Source: Lepidodermella squamata (lineage: Eukaryota > Animalia > Gastrotricha). From it: a stretch of DNA of 64,000 bases. The position numbers and the translations under genes are program-made. The stretch lies in contig JBLDXI010000015.1 in the NCBI GenBank assembly GCA_047495785.1, positions 2,232,001-2,296,000 of the forward strand, in the 5' to 3' direction. The notes below the pieces were generated by a model. The model saw nothing but the letters and a program-made list of their open reading frames with translations. It made no database searches and was not told the DNA's origin. Below are positions 27,920-40,955 of the stretch, one piece after another (the first letter of the stretch is position 1; each line of letters begins with the position of its first letter).

Positions 27920-29514
27920 TCAGTTTTCAAGTATCGAAAATTACCGGTTACACCGAAGAATCAATGGAACAAATCCAAACATACCTATACTATAACAAGA
28001 AATAACTCTCAAAACTCATTGTTGGATGTATTTCTCGAACTAGGAAAACTTATCGATAAAAATCCGGAATACTTATTGATTTACGTCTAGAACTCTCTCA
28101 GCTCACTATTTCGAGAAATACTACTACAAGCGAAATTGTTTTCAATGGATTCGCTACAATTTTTCTGCAGCGAATTAGCGGATTTTTAGACAAAAACCGC
28201 CGATTCGATCTGCGCGTCTTGAAGCTTTTGCTTCAATTCCTACTGTGACCGCGAGTTTAGCACTGGCCGCAACTTGGACATTCTGAATGACCCGAGCCTT
28301 TCACTTATTATTGTTGCCTCTTTTTCGGCGTGCGCGTTCTTTAAAGATTATTTTTCACAAATGATTGTTTCGAACTCGACGACTTCCACCTTCATTTTTC
28401 TTTTACTGTTCCTCATTAATTGCTTCACGAATTAATTACTCATATAGTTATACTTCTTTATGTGGTGGAATGTCCTGCGAGTTTGATGACTTTCATTCTG
28501 TGAATTTTGAGCCTTTAATTAACGCGCAATTTTCTTCTGCGGCCATTACTAAACAAAATTTCGTCCCTTCAACACCCGGATGTGATTTAAAACTCGATTA
28601 AAAAAATATCTTCTGATGCCGGCATCGTTAAAAATGGATTGTTATTCGTTGCGATGTAGGCGTCTCGATCACATTTTCAACTTTTGGGGGTGTTGAAGGG
28701 GAAAAATTCGAGAATCAATCACTCGTATCATCTTTCGAAAATCGCGGAAATCATTTGTAGCGGATGCGTTGTTCTTTTTCTACCGGCTACTTTTTTGTTG
28801 CTTTGTTTTGATTTCTAACTCTTAGTCCTCCTGTTTGATACACAGTCTCGTTAAGTTTGATTGATAAAAATGTGGAAATTCCTTCTTTACATTGATTTGG
28901 CTGAGGAAAGTCGCCAGATTTAATTATACGCTAAATTAAAACTTCACAAAAAAAGAAAAAATCCTTGAAAACCAATTTTCGAATACGAAAACGATCAATG
29001 TCGTGACTATGAATTCGCTGCTGTTACTATGTAGCTTTATGTGCCTCATTTAATTGATTATTTATTTAATTATTTGTGGAATTATATGTGAATATCCAGG
29101 TTTCGGTCCAGTTATAAAGAGCGCGAAATTCGATTCGCTTTCTTCATACTGCACTTTGTTGTTCATTTATTCGCTTCGACTTTCTTACTCACGACATGAA
29201 TTTATTAATGAAATAAAAAGATTTGAATGTAATCGCGCTTGTTTTATGAATGAAATAAAGCGCGGCGTGACCTAGATCAAATTGGCACACGACCCCGGCC
29301 GGTCGCAATAAAATTACAACCAGCCAACGAACGGACTGACCTCGCCATAAATCGATGATGATGCCATCAAAACAACACGCTGGATTACAGAGCACGTGTT
29401 TTTTCATTGTTACCAGATGTCGCAAAATGGTTTTTTCGAACGCATTTTAAAACTCCAGCTTAAAGTTTCGTGCACACAATTTATTTTTTCAATTTTGATT
29501 TTATTTCATTTTAG

Positions 29515-32500
29515 ATGCAATTAGCCAAATTTTACCCGCCGGCCTATCGTACGAAAGCGGTTCTTCCCGACCCTGGGCCTGATTTTGACTGGAATTATTT
29601 AGAATTAGCTCTACTCGACCTTGGCTTTCCCGTCGCTGTTTTCGACGGATTTCGCAGCCACTGGCCTGGCAACGAATGCGTTGATGGCGTTGTTATGTAC
29701 GCTGAAGAAGTTTTATTCCGCGAAAAATTTATTAACGATCAGCTAAATCAGCTAAAGGCCGAGGCGGAAAATTCGGCTAATTTTATAAAAAATCAAACTG
29801 TGCCCATCGCCGATTTTACGCGGCTTAAAGGCGATTTCGACGCCATTTCAACTCAATTACAAGAAAAATCTCGTTTATTAGACGAGCAAAAAGCCAGAAA
29901 TCAAGAGTTAGACCTGCGTATAGTTGCTGAGATTGAAAAATCACAAAAACTCGAGCAGGAGAAGGCTGAATTGGCGGTTAAATTCAATTCTACAGCCTCG
30001 ATGGAAACTCTCGAGACCGAAATCGAAACTTTACGCCAGGAATTGGAAATCGAACGAGCCGCTATCGATCAGTTGTCACGCGAAAAAGATGCTGAACGAG
30101 CCAATTTTATGGCTCAGCTGTCGAAGATGGAACAGGATTTGAAGGCCGCGGAAATGCATCACAAGGCTTCTTTACTTGAATTACAAGGCCGTTTGAGTGA
30201 ATCGCAACGCCGAGAACTGGCGATGAGTGAGAAACAACAGCGGGATCGGAAGAATTTTGTTGGCTGGAAGCAGCTGAAGTACGAGCCGACGAAAACGCGG
30301 CTCGAGGCGATGGAGAAGCAGCTGAAGGCGTTGGAGGCTGAACATCGCCGGCTGCTTGAAGATTCTGCGAATTTTCGTGTTATGGCGAACGTCGTTGTCG
30401 AATCGAAAGAGGTCCAAACGCAGCCTGAATGGTTGGAAGACGGCGAGTCGCCATCGAAAAAACGCCGCGTTGACGAAGGTGAGTTAATTTATTTCATAAA
30501 TGTTTCTTACCACGTGGGAAATTAATCGCAATTTTTAATCGAGAAATTCGCATTTTCGAATTTTATTTTTTTTTGTAATTTTGGCGATTCCCTGCTTTCT
30601 AAGCGGTACAGCGGTACAGCGGTACATAGAATGTAGTCGATTTTAAACTTTCACGCAGTTTCGTAGGCCGATTTCTAACAATATGAGAACAATTGAGAAA
30701 AATCATTGATGTGTCCCTTTCATCTTAGCAAATTGCTGTCCTGAAAATGAATAAATTTTGAATGTTTCGTGCCATTTGGAAATAGTATCTTTTCACCAGC
30801 TGAGCCTAATTCAGATAAATAATTTGGGGGTGTAGAATCTGCAGAAATGGGAAGCGTTGCTGCCGGAAAATGTAAAGCATTTTCAAAAGAATTTCAGAAC
30901 AAAAAAGACAGCATATTCGTCTTTCGTCAGATAAAGCTCTCTATGCTCGTGCGTGGCTGATTTCTGGTACAATTTGATTTAATATTTAATTCGGTTTAAG
31001 TAACATCGGGAAAATCCAGCATTCCTGCCGGTAAGTAACGCAGATTCCACACTCGTGAAAGAATTTTCCAAAAATCGAATGGAACTTCACAACTGTCATG
31101 GGTTTTAGCAGTGTTTTTTGTTTCAGAGCGCTCGGTTGTTTTATTTGATTTTTCTTGGCTGGTAACTTCCGTCAAATTTCAAAAAGTCGGGTGTTGCTTT
31201 GGGAAATTTGTGATGAATTTCAGCAAATCTATCGATCGAAGCGAGACATTATTCTGGATTTAAACAGATCTTAAATTTAATCGGCATGAAATAATTTAAC
31301 CAATCGCTGTATTCGTTCTAATTTGCGGGACCTGGCGGCCGTCCTCTCCTTGGTCGATTCGAAGTTCCGGCAATGCGAAGAGGCCTAAACTCAAGGATGT
31401 TCCTAGCTTGATGAACCTATTCGATAGATTAATCATCACCGAAGAATAAAAACATCGTTGAACTTTCTTTGCGCGTCTACGACTGCTTATAAGAGAACGC
31501 TGAAGAAAATCAGCAAAATTCGACTGATTTTTGTTGAGTAATTCCTTCGCGATAGCGTTCTGTTCATCCTCATCAAAGTCAGTAAGAAAACATTTTAGCG
31601 GGCAGAGCTGGTCGTGGAACTCCTATTTCCTTGAAAATCGTTGTAAGCTTGGTCTTATTCAGAAAAGGCGAAATTGGAAAAATATCATTGCAATTTTAAA
31701 TGTTCCACCTGGCGACAAGCGACAAATGATGATACGCGTAGACCTTACCGCTGTGGGCCGATGACGGGCCAGAAAAGGTCCGAATGTCTACGTAAAATGA
31801 TCAAACATGAGGAGAAAAAACTTGTAAGTTGACCAAAAATGAGTTGCAGGTTTTTTTCGTCGAATATCCACTTCGGCCGCGTCTTTTTCCCGCCTTGAGA
31901 TTTCCTGGCTCTTGGCCGCTAATTGTTTGTGAGGTTAACGTTTCGACGCTAGAGAAAATTCAGAACAGGCCTTAGGCGTAGACGCCAGCGTCAGGATGCA
32001 GGGTTACAGGGTTTCAGTACTTGATTACGTAGTCAAGTTTTGCCCAAAAATATGACCTGCAATTATCTGAAAAATGATAATAATTCCTCAACAAACAGCG
32101 CTTCAATGGTTCAACATTCGACCATGCGATCTAGGTTTTCTTTTTGCTCAATATTGAAATTTGCTTGTTTTTTGCTCCCACTATGAGTCCCACTTTCCAT
32201 AAATTGAAATTACAGAATTTTTCAACTAAAACTTACTTACTTATTGGTTCCAAGCGAGTTGGCTGCTTTAAATACCAGAAATTTAAATTGAAAATGAATT
32301 TCAAAAATGATAAGAAAATACTCTGGAAATTGCAAAAAATCATTTTCAATTCGGTTTTTCAATTGATCTATCGTCAGCCATTCTTGCTAACATATTCCTC
32401 GCATAGTTTTAATCGGAAATTGTTCCTAATCGGGATTTCATAGCTGAGCTCTGTAAGTTTAAACAATTTTCAAATAATGCTGGAGCCAGGATTGTCATGC

Positions 32501-34881
32501 CGTCTCCACAAGTCATGATTAAATCTACTTTTCTTTCATAACATGGCCGTATATTTTTTTCTTGTATTTTAGGTGCCGAAGATGGCGGCGAAGGCTTGAC
32601 GAAACACGAGGCTGAGCAATTAAATCAGCAAATTCAATACTGGGCATCCATGTTCAAGCCGCTGCAGGAGCAAAACGATAAAATGAAAGAGGTATGAAGT
32701 TTTCCTGTTGAAAATGTAAAATTTATCCCATACAAATAACTGAGCTTAATCGAATTTAATAATTGATTGCTCGCCTTTTCGAATCTTTTAAAAGCCGTTA
32801 TCGCTATTTGAGAAGTTTGAAAAATTGCCGAAGTGAAATGTAGCCGTCGAACTTATTCACGTTCTCGAACGCGTCGAAAGCGTCGGAACCATCGAAATAT
32901 TAAATTTTTTTATTTTAAATTAAACGCATCGGAAAATTCATCGAATTATTTATTCTTATTGTCCGATGTTTGAAGACATTATGTTCCATGAAATCAGTCA
33001 TGCGTGATGAGTCGAAAATCAAAAACTAATTAAGTCGCCCTGCCGGCCGCGACAAACCGCTGTCCCTTTTCCAAGGCTGACTTGTAGTCGACCACGTCCA
33101 CGGCCCCAACCAGTTGTAAGAGTGGTTTCAGGAGCCTGTTGAATCAATTCCAGCACTCGACCGAGGGTTGCCTGAAATGAGGTGGCATAAACTTCCTTAA
33201 ACTTCGAAAAACTTATTATGCTCTGCCGTTCCCATTGCTTGCAACTGCGAGTAAAATGTAAAATGAGGTGGAATTTTCGGGTTTTCGATCCGCCAATAAA
33301 AAACTTATGGCCACCGTGGGTCACCTTGTGTATGGCATCGTTTTGAACATTCATTGCAACGACCAGAAGATTAAGGGGCTGCTGTCCAAAACGGCTTCTT
33401 ATCCTTTTCTGCCGTTGTTTCGTCGACTTCTTAGTGGACGAAGTAGGATTGCTTATCATCGACAGGCTTCTGTGTTCGAGATTCACCCCAGGCGCGACGA
33501 TCAGTGGTTCTGATAGAGCTTGAAAGTGAGTCAGACCTATTCAGTTGCTATTCGAAGTTTTCGCTTCAACTGCCGTTTCAATTTGGCGATTCGCCTCGTT
33601 ATAGTCTTGGAATGGTCTTAACGAGTCCTGATATATACTCGGGCGAATCTTGCACATGTCGCCTCACCTCGATTGTTTTAAACACCTGTCGACTGGCTAG
33701 GATGCTTATGAGCGCCGCCACACAATTGAATGAACCAATTGACATGGGATTTCGCTGGTCTGAGCGCCCTGAGCACGCTAGTAGTAACTGATTTTCGTTA
33801 TATTCTGGAAGCGGAAGCTCTTCGTGATTCTGAAAATGGAATTTGTTAGTGAAACATTTGGGGTCTAATAGCTCTTTATCGACCTTTTCGAAACTTGAAC
33901 CACAAACCGAACCGGGATTAAACAGGGAATACTCATACTCATACTCATTTTATTGCAAATTGTTTCTCAACAGTTTAAAAACAGTTGGTTTTACCCAGCC
34001 TGTCGGGCTGCGTGAACGAAAATCGGGGTTTGCGAGGCCTAACGTTTATAATTGTTAGCTCACTTAATCACTTTCCACGCTCTTTCGAACCGTGATTTAC
34101 CATTAGCGAACTTACATTTAGTGTTTATTTATTGCGATTTGTTCAATTTTAGAAATACGATCGTTTCACTCGGCTGTTCAAAGAAAAACTGGCTTCGCTT
34201 GAAAACTCCCTGGTGGAGCATCTCGAAGTGCTAGCCGAGCCGTTTCACATTCAAATGGAGAGGTCTTTCTTGCGAAGCTTCATTCGTACGATCATCGATA
34301 TCAAGGAGGAACTTGCCTGCGGGGTGGCACCCGCCGGCGCCCTGGCAGGATGCTTTGACATCGCACCCGTTCGGGAAACAACCCCGGCCAGCGTGCCGTC
34401 AGTTTCGACGATCGCATCAACGAGTTGTCAAGGATCGGCGCCAATGTCACGCCAATTTTCTCAAATGGAGACGTCGACACCACTGAAGCAGCCGAATAGT
34501 GCCGCAGAACCTGGTGACCGGAGCGGGGCGGAGACGCCACAGAGTGGGTGCAAGTCAGTGTTTGGCGGTCGGGTGTCAAAGCCGGACTTTTTCGACCCGA
34601 GGCTCCCGAGGCAACCAGCAGCGGCTCGAGATGTGAAAACGTTTGCGAACAAGCGGCGGACCCATCGCGGTCGTAAGCAATTCGGGCAGAATTACCAGGC
34701 AAACAAGGCGCTGAGACCTGGTAACAATTATTATCAACAACGGGATCACGGCGGCCGGGGGTTTGGAGGCCCAGGTACGTCTTATCGGGGCCATCAGGGT
34801 CGGCCGCATCGATCTTCGACGCCTCCGTTTCGGCATCGGAGTGTGGATTCAAAACACGAGCCTTTGCATTCAAAGAAATGA
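29515..34881 (+). CDS. Family A coiled-coil protein, paralogue 3 (exons 29515-30478, 32573-32691, 34152-34881)
   Basis: Junctions GAAG|GTGAGT, TTTAG|GTGCC...GAG|GTATGA and TTTAG|AAATAC join in frame with the 34213 ORF. SPSKKRRV NLS-like motif, ERSFLRSFI helix, Arg/Gly-rich tail. Confidence 0.75.
30603..30626. repeat. (GCGGTACA)x3 tandem repeat in intron
   Basis: Read directly from the sequence. Confidence 0.85.
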
Positions 34882-36469
34882 CTATGAAATCCTAGCTGAC
34901 TGTGAACTTTTATTTTTGTGCGCGAAGTGAAAAATTTATTTCTTCTGAGGTACATCATTCGTTTGTAATAAAGTGATAGGAAAAAGCACTGTTTTGTTTT
35001 GGATTAGGCGAACGATTTCTTGATTTCTTGAAGTGAGAATGGAATTAAGGAATCGGTGTTGAGGAATGGAATTAACGGTGTTGAGGGCAGAAATCGAGTT
35101 ATTGCCCGAAACACAAGTTTAGGATTCCTGTTCCCACATTGTTGGTTATTTTCTGAATGAAAACCCAATTTTCCAATGGAAATCTGGATAAAATGCCCAA
35201 ACACTCATACCCACGGTGTCTGACTAAATTAATTTTGTTGAAATTAAAAAATCAATCTTAAAAAATCGTTTAACAAATTATTTTTGTTTCATTCCTTTTT
35301 AAATCAATTTTAGCACTGAATTCTTTTTTGGTGGAAACCACGCACGGCATCGGCGATTTAATCCTCGGAAACGCAGTCGATTCTAACCAAATGGATATGG
35401 CTGTTGCAGTCTGAGCGACACCAATCAGCTCGTGAAAACCGAAATGCTCAAGATATCGAGCTGCTATAGGAAAAGCCCGAATTTCCTCTTGCGGCTGATA
35501 AGATTCCAGTGTTCAATCCGACGGCGATGACGGCGATGACTTTGAAGGCGTTGCTGAATAACTGCAACAATACATCGAAGAATTGTGGCTTGAGACAATT
35601 AGCACAGTGCAAATTTCCAGGAAACGAATCGCCGACTATGCTATTCAGCGAGTTTCGGTGGAAAATCTCTATGCGAAGCGACGGCATTGGCATTGTTGGG
35701 CTGTGATCCTGTTAAGCCTGAAGAACCGGTTTGAATCACGCTAGTTTCACGGTCGACGCCAGTTGTCAAGTAATTTACTGCACGGTGATGTCACATCCAG
35801 AACTGACTATTGTTTATAAGCTCTCCACAGTATTATTGTTCAATAAAAATGATTTTTGTTGAAATGCTTTCTTTGGTTCAAATTTTTGCTTTGCTAGTCC
35901 AATCCCAATATGGAGTCTGGTTCGCCCAGTAATTCAGTGAATTGGATTTTAACCGAAATTAAAAATAAAAGATCCACCTTAAAACGCGTGAGCGGGCGGA
36001 ATCACCGGGCGGAAACACCGGGCGGAATCACATTTTCCATTGAAGCAAAAAATAACCAACCATGTGGGAATGCACTTTTCTGAAGTCTCGAGTAGCCTAT
36101 AGCTCGCTGCGGTGGTGGGTAGCGAATGTACCGTGCGTATGTGCCGGTAATGGAGCTCGAAAGTTACAGCCCGGTGGAGCACCTTTTGAAAACTGATGTT
36201 GCACGTTATAAATAGTTATTAAGCTGAATAACATGCCTAGGAGAGACGATTCAATCCGTGGAGATGGTGACGGACATAAAAATACTTCAGGTAACACCTC
36301 ATGCTGAAAGCCGAAAGCATGCAAAAGACTATGGCGAATCAAAATAACGAAAATTACGACGTGTACAGTAATTGAGGGAGTTTGCGTTTTACAAAATAGC
36401 CTATTTTAGCAGTAAATCTCAGAGTGAGCACACATTTACGGGTTTCTTAGTTGGAACTTAGTTGAAAGC

Positions 36470-36558
36470 TACCTTTTATTACTTGGAGCGCGAACTTGGA
36501 AAAAAATTCTGGTTTTCTGGGAAAGTTCGCTCCAAGTATCAAAATGTATCAAAAGGTA
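36470..36558. repeat. ~90 bp fold-back element (mini-MITE or hairpin)
   Basis: TACCTTTT...TACTTGGAGCG(CG)AACTT pairs with AAGTTCGCTCCAAGTA...AAAAGGTA. Confidence 0.6.
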
Positions 36559-37381
36559 TCAAATTTCGCTTGACGAATCTACTTTCCTGAATTAGCCGTT
36601 CAATTTAACTTTCTTCAAAGCAGTTGCCATGATTTTTTCCGAACGCAAAAACTCACTCCCTAAGTTTTGATCGGTTCCTCCATTATCAAAATTATGAACA
36701 AAATATCACCGTGTTCCTCTCGAGGAGACCTGGCTGATAGCATTCGGTTCTTTGCAATACGGCCATTTATAGCAAAGAAACCGACGCAGTTTTTTTGATT
36801 TCTTCGCTTTGCTGTCCTCTACGAAATTGAGTAGTCAGCAGACCACCAGGCGCCCATGGCGATAACCCACTTTTCTCGTGAATAGTCAGTCTATAGTCTA
36901 TACTGATATTTCTGTCTTTGTTTGAAACTAAAAATATCTGGCACGCGCTTGAGCTAATTTTAGCTCCAGACTTGAGATCAAATAAACAAAGACAGAAAGT
37001 ATAACGCGGGCACACTCGAATATTGTAATACGTTTTCAAACATTACATGCCTCAGGTTGATTAATATGCATGCAACTTGGACGACCAAGTTTTTGAGGAT
37101 ACTTAGCAAAATACTTTCGTTTTTGGGTTTTGGGTTCATCTTAACTTGGTACTGATTCACTTCGCTCTGATCTGTCATTTTTGACATAAGAACGCTGTCC
37201 TGTTTTCAAGACCGTGCGTTACCGCATTCTCTCCACAGCGCTTTTCAAAGGCCCTAAAAATAGCTCGGATGAAACTAGGATAGTTTGGAAATAGATTTAT
37301 CTCGCGCCTAGCGCGAGCGCGCAACTTTAACAAACATCAACCGCGCGGTTCATTTGGTTTTGTAATTGCGTTTATTTTTCG

Positions 37382-38940
37382 ATAGGTTGCCAATTGCTGC
37401 ATGCCAAAACACTTAGCGTAGGGCCGAAGCGGAAAATGTCTTGAGTAGAAAAGAAGATCGAGTATCATTATGTAAAGGATTACGGAATGCATTAAAGATC
37501 TCTCCACCGTGGCAAGGCAATTGACGTCTGATTTAAATTGAACATAGTCATTTAAAATTTAAGAAGGCGTGATTTGATAGCCCGCCGACAGCCAGATGAT
37601 TTCGTTATGAACAGTCCTTCCCTTTCTGCCGTGAGCCGTAATGCTAAGATAATCGAATGTTATTGCAAAAATCAGTCATCAAACATCAATGCGAACAACT
37701 AAGCGCTGAAACGCCCAGGAAACTGCTTTTGTATTTTTATTATCTTACCTATATATTAATCTCTGATTGCTAGACGTGGAAGTGAAAAGCCAACAATTTC
37801 GACGATATAACAGCAGAACACAATTGTAATGCCCTGTCGTGAGCACATGAGAATGCTGAGGCAACTGCATTTTTAACCAAACTCGATTGGCTAGACCTTG
37901 AGAGCAAAAAGGTTCATTAAATGATATCAATGCAAAGGTAGTACCAGCCACTATTGAAACCATTCCCACGCCCAATGATAGATCAGATAAGCCTGGCTTA
38001 TTTCATGCAGTAGTTTATTTCGATTTCATTCATTTTTCTTTTCCTGTTTTAATATCGCCGCTATCTTCGATCCATCAGCATTCCTTATTAGAGATTTCCG
38101 TTAATGCAAAGGTGACATTCATTTTTTATTGCTCTTTTACCCAATTTGCCCCAGTACCGTCATTTTATGGCACCTCGTTTAGTTCAATTTGACTAAATAA
38201 TCGTAGTATTTTCTTATCGGGCTTGAAGTTGACTTGGGCCAAAGTTCGTGTTTATTTATATCCGGCATTTATTGTTATTGAACTCTCAAATTCGGACACA
38301 TGTTCCTAATAAATGAAATAAACAATAACATTTCTCAAAGCGGACGTAGAAGTGATAAATAAGAGAAATCTTTAATATTTTTCTGGGCAGCAGACTACAA
38401 TCGCAAAAATAAATACATTGTTGGCTGGCTCTTTGGCGACACGCGACTAGCTCCTTGCGCCATTCAAATTCTGTCGCTATGAAGTTGTTTCATTTTTTCT
38501 TTGTTGCTTGCCAATATCAAACGACGAAGCATTGGCTGATACAATTGAAGTTTTTATTCCGAAAAAGATGCTGTCAGTAGGCTAAATAATATCTTAAGGA
38601 TTTCATAACGCTGCGTGCCCTTGTGTTTGCCGAAAAGTCTTCCTGGCCAGCTTCAAATGGCTAGCTTCCAGTGCAAGAGATCACGACACACCGTTACCAA
38701 TAACCAAAACTCATGATATTTATGGTATGTTTTCAACAATTTTAGGATGAAGTCACCATGTCTATGGTCTCACCATGTCTATTCTGACTGATATTCGCAC
38801 ATTGCTAGCGACATCGCAGAACGTTTCATTTAACGGTAAAGTCTTTTCGATAATTTTTTGCCGATGCCAAAGATTATGCCACGCATTTTTCAATAATTCC
38901 ATAACCATGGGGCTTTTTGAGTGGTTTTTAACCAGTCAAT
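37382..38940. repeat. Copy 1 of a diverged non-coding tandem duplication
   Basis: Colinear blocks shared with 39388-40955: ATAGGTTGCCAATTGCTGCAT, GCCGAAGCGGAAAA, GTGTTTATTTATATCCGGCAT, CTTTGGCGACACGCGA, GCTTCCAGTGCAAG, TCGCACATTGCTAGCG, GGTAAAGTCTTTTCG, TAACCATGGGGC. Confidence 0.85.
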
Positions 38941-39010
38941 AGGGTTAGAACGCGGTAAACCTTCATGGAATTCTCCTTATGCTCCTTCCGCATAATTCCC
39001 CGTTTCCGTT

Positions 39011-39088
39011 CTTTACTACCAAATTTTTCTATCAATCTTTACTACCAAATTTTTCTATCAATCTTTACTACCAAATTTTTCTATCAAT
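39011..39088. repeat. Perfect 26-bp minisatellite x3 (CTTTACTACCAAATTTTTCTATCAAT)
   Basis: Read directly from the sequence. Confidence 0.95.
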
Positions 39089-39387
39089 ATTTAATTTGAC
39101 TTCTTTAAAATGATGATAATTGTTGAGGTATAAGTTCGTGAGCTGAAGACTCTCGTGTGACGGCATTAGACTGGCGCAGTCTAGCGTCTAGCCGACATTC
39201 TAAGCCTCAACATTTTGTATTTTGTAACATCGGGAGGCTGGGAATTTCAAATAGCTTTGTGCCCGTTAAGTCTCAAGTCCCACTTCCAAGGTCATCCCGC
39301 CCCTATCCTTATATGAGGTGTGTTCCCGGTCTCCCAGCTTTTTCTCCCAATGGCGCATTTCTCCGGTAATTTCTCCCAACCGCTGCA

Positions 39388-40955
39388 TAGGTTGCCAATT
39401 GCTGCATTTCAAAAACACTTAGTGTATGGCCGAAGCGGAAAACGTCCAGAGTGCCCGCCGACAGGCATCTGATTTCTCTATCGTACGACTCAGTTCCATG
39501 ACGTCACAAATAAGCCTAATACAGTAGAAGCTGTATAATCCGAACCCCAGCAATGCGGACAGCGGGCTAGTCCGGAAGATGTTAGGGCGACTGACAGAGT
39601 TTACGTTATAACATGCGGACATCGCACTCGTTAAGGCGGACAGCTTCTTAACGCGGACGCGTGCTAATACGGCCAGTTTTCTAGCTACAGTCGCACTGTC
39701 CACATGGGTATTTTAGGCTCTTTAATGCGGACACCGCGGACGCCCTTCAACTCCATGTCTCCGAGTGGGTTATGGATATTGTCACTAATCTTCGCTTACT
39801 TAGCCTCAAGTTGCAAATTATGCGTAAAAACCACTCAAGTCTAATTAAAGAGCGCGCTACTTAGAAAAGCAAACAGTACCTGCGCGTAAAAGGGGGCCTA
39901 ATCCTGTCCGCTGAGGCCGTTTCAAGGGGCGCCTCGGATTATTCGGTATCAATATTCGGGATGTAGTCTGTCAAGAACAATCCGAGGATCGTCCTTAGCC
40001 GACGCATGAGTATAACATCAAGTCTATTTTCTTGTTGGGTAGTTGAAACAACCACTTTTTCACTATTTACTTCATCATTACGTTGGGCTCCTCAAAGTAC
40101 GATCGAATGGCTTATCAAAGTGGTTGTTTTGGACATCTCCAACGGTATTTTCTTAATCGCGTGCGTCCACGGCTCGAATTAGTCCGTATGGACCAAAGTT
40201 TGTGTTTATTTATATCCGGCATAACGTTTTTTGTAGAACTCTCAAATTTGGACACATGTTCGTTCAAAATGAAATAAGTTTTCTTAATAAACAATATTTC
40301 TCAAAACGGACTAAGAAATGATAAATAATAGAGATCTTTAGTATTATTCTGGGCAGAAGACTGCAATTGAGAAAATAAAAACATTCCAAGCTGTTTGCGG
40401 GGGTTCTTTGCGGCGACACGCGATTAGCCCAGTGCGCCATTAAAAATCTGTCGCAATGCAAAAGCTTTTTCAATTATTTTTTCATTTGTCAGCGTCAAAT
40501 TTTTAAATGATGAAGCATGGGCATATGCAATTAAAAGTTTCATAGCGAAAAGATGCTGTAAGCGCTATCAATAGGTTCAACAATATCATTACGATTATAT
40601 GGCGCGGGCCCCCTTTGCGTCCGCCAAAACGTCTTCCTGCCCAAGCTCAAGTGGCATGCTTCCAGTGCAAGCGACCAAGACACCGTTCCGAAAACTCATG
40701 CTACTTCTGGTATGTTTTCAGAATTTTAGAATGAAGTTATAGAATCTATTATCTATACAAGCAAGGCTGCCGGTCTTGCCAGCGAAATTAGATCTATCCA
40801 TACGAACTCTGTACGCACAAAGTGATAATCGCACATTGCTAGCGGTTATAACGTTCCAATTGATGGTAAAGTCTTTTCGCTACTATTTTGCCAATATTTT
40901 TTTCGGCCCGCATTCCGTAACCATGGGGCGTTTTTCGAGACTGGTTTTCACCAGT
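39388..40955. repeat. Copy 2 of the non-coding tandem duplication
   Basis: Same blocks as copy 1, offset by about 2.0 kb. Confidence 0.85.
39510..39930. mobile_element. Degraded pogo/Tigger-like non-autonomous element
   Basis: Begins TA-CAGTAGAAGCTGTATAATCCGAAC. Six GCGGAC subterminal motifs, with an inverted GTCCGC near 39905. Absent from copy 1 of the duplication. Confidence 0.45.

Noticed and set aside
36600-37187. Minus-strand protein-like frame beginning MSKMTDQSEV
   Set aside because: Multiple stops and no recognisable motif.
39011-39088. CRISPR-like direct repeats
   Set aside because: The copies are contiguous with no spacers, in a eukaryotic context; this is a minisatellite.
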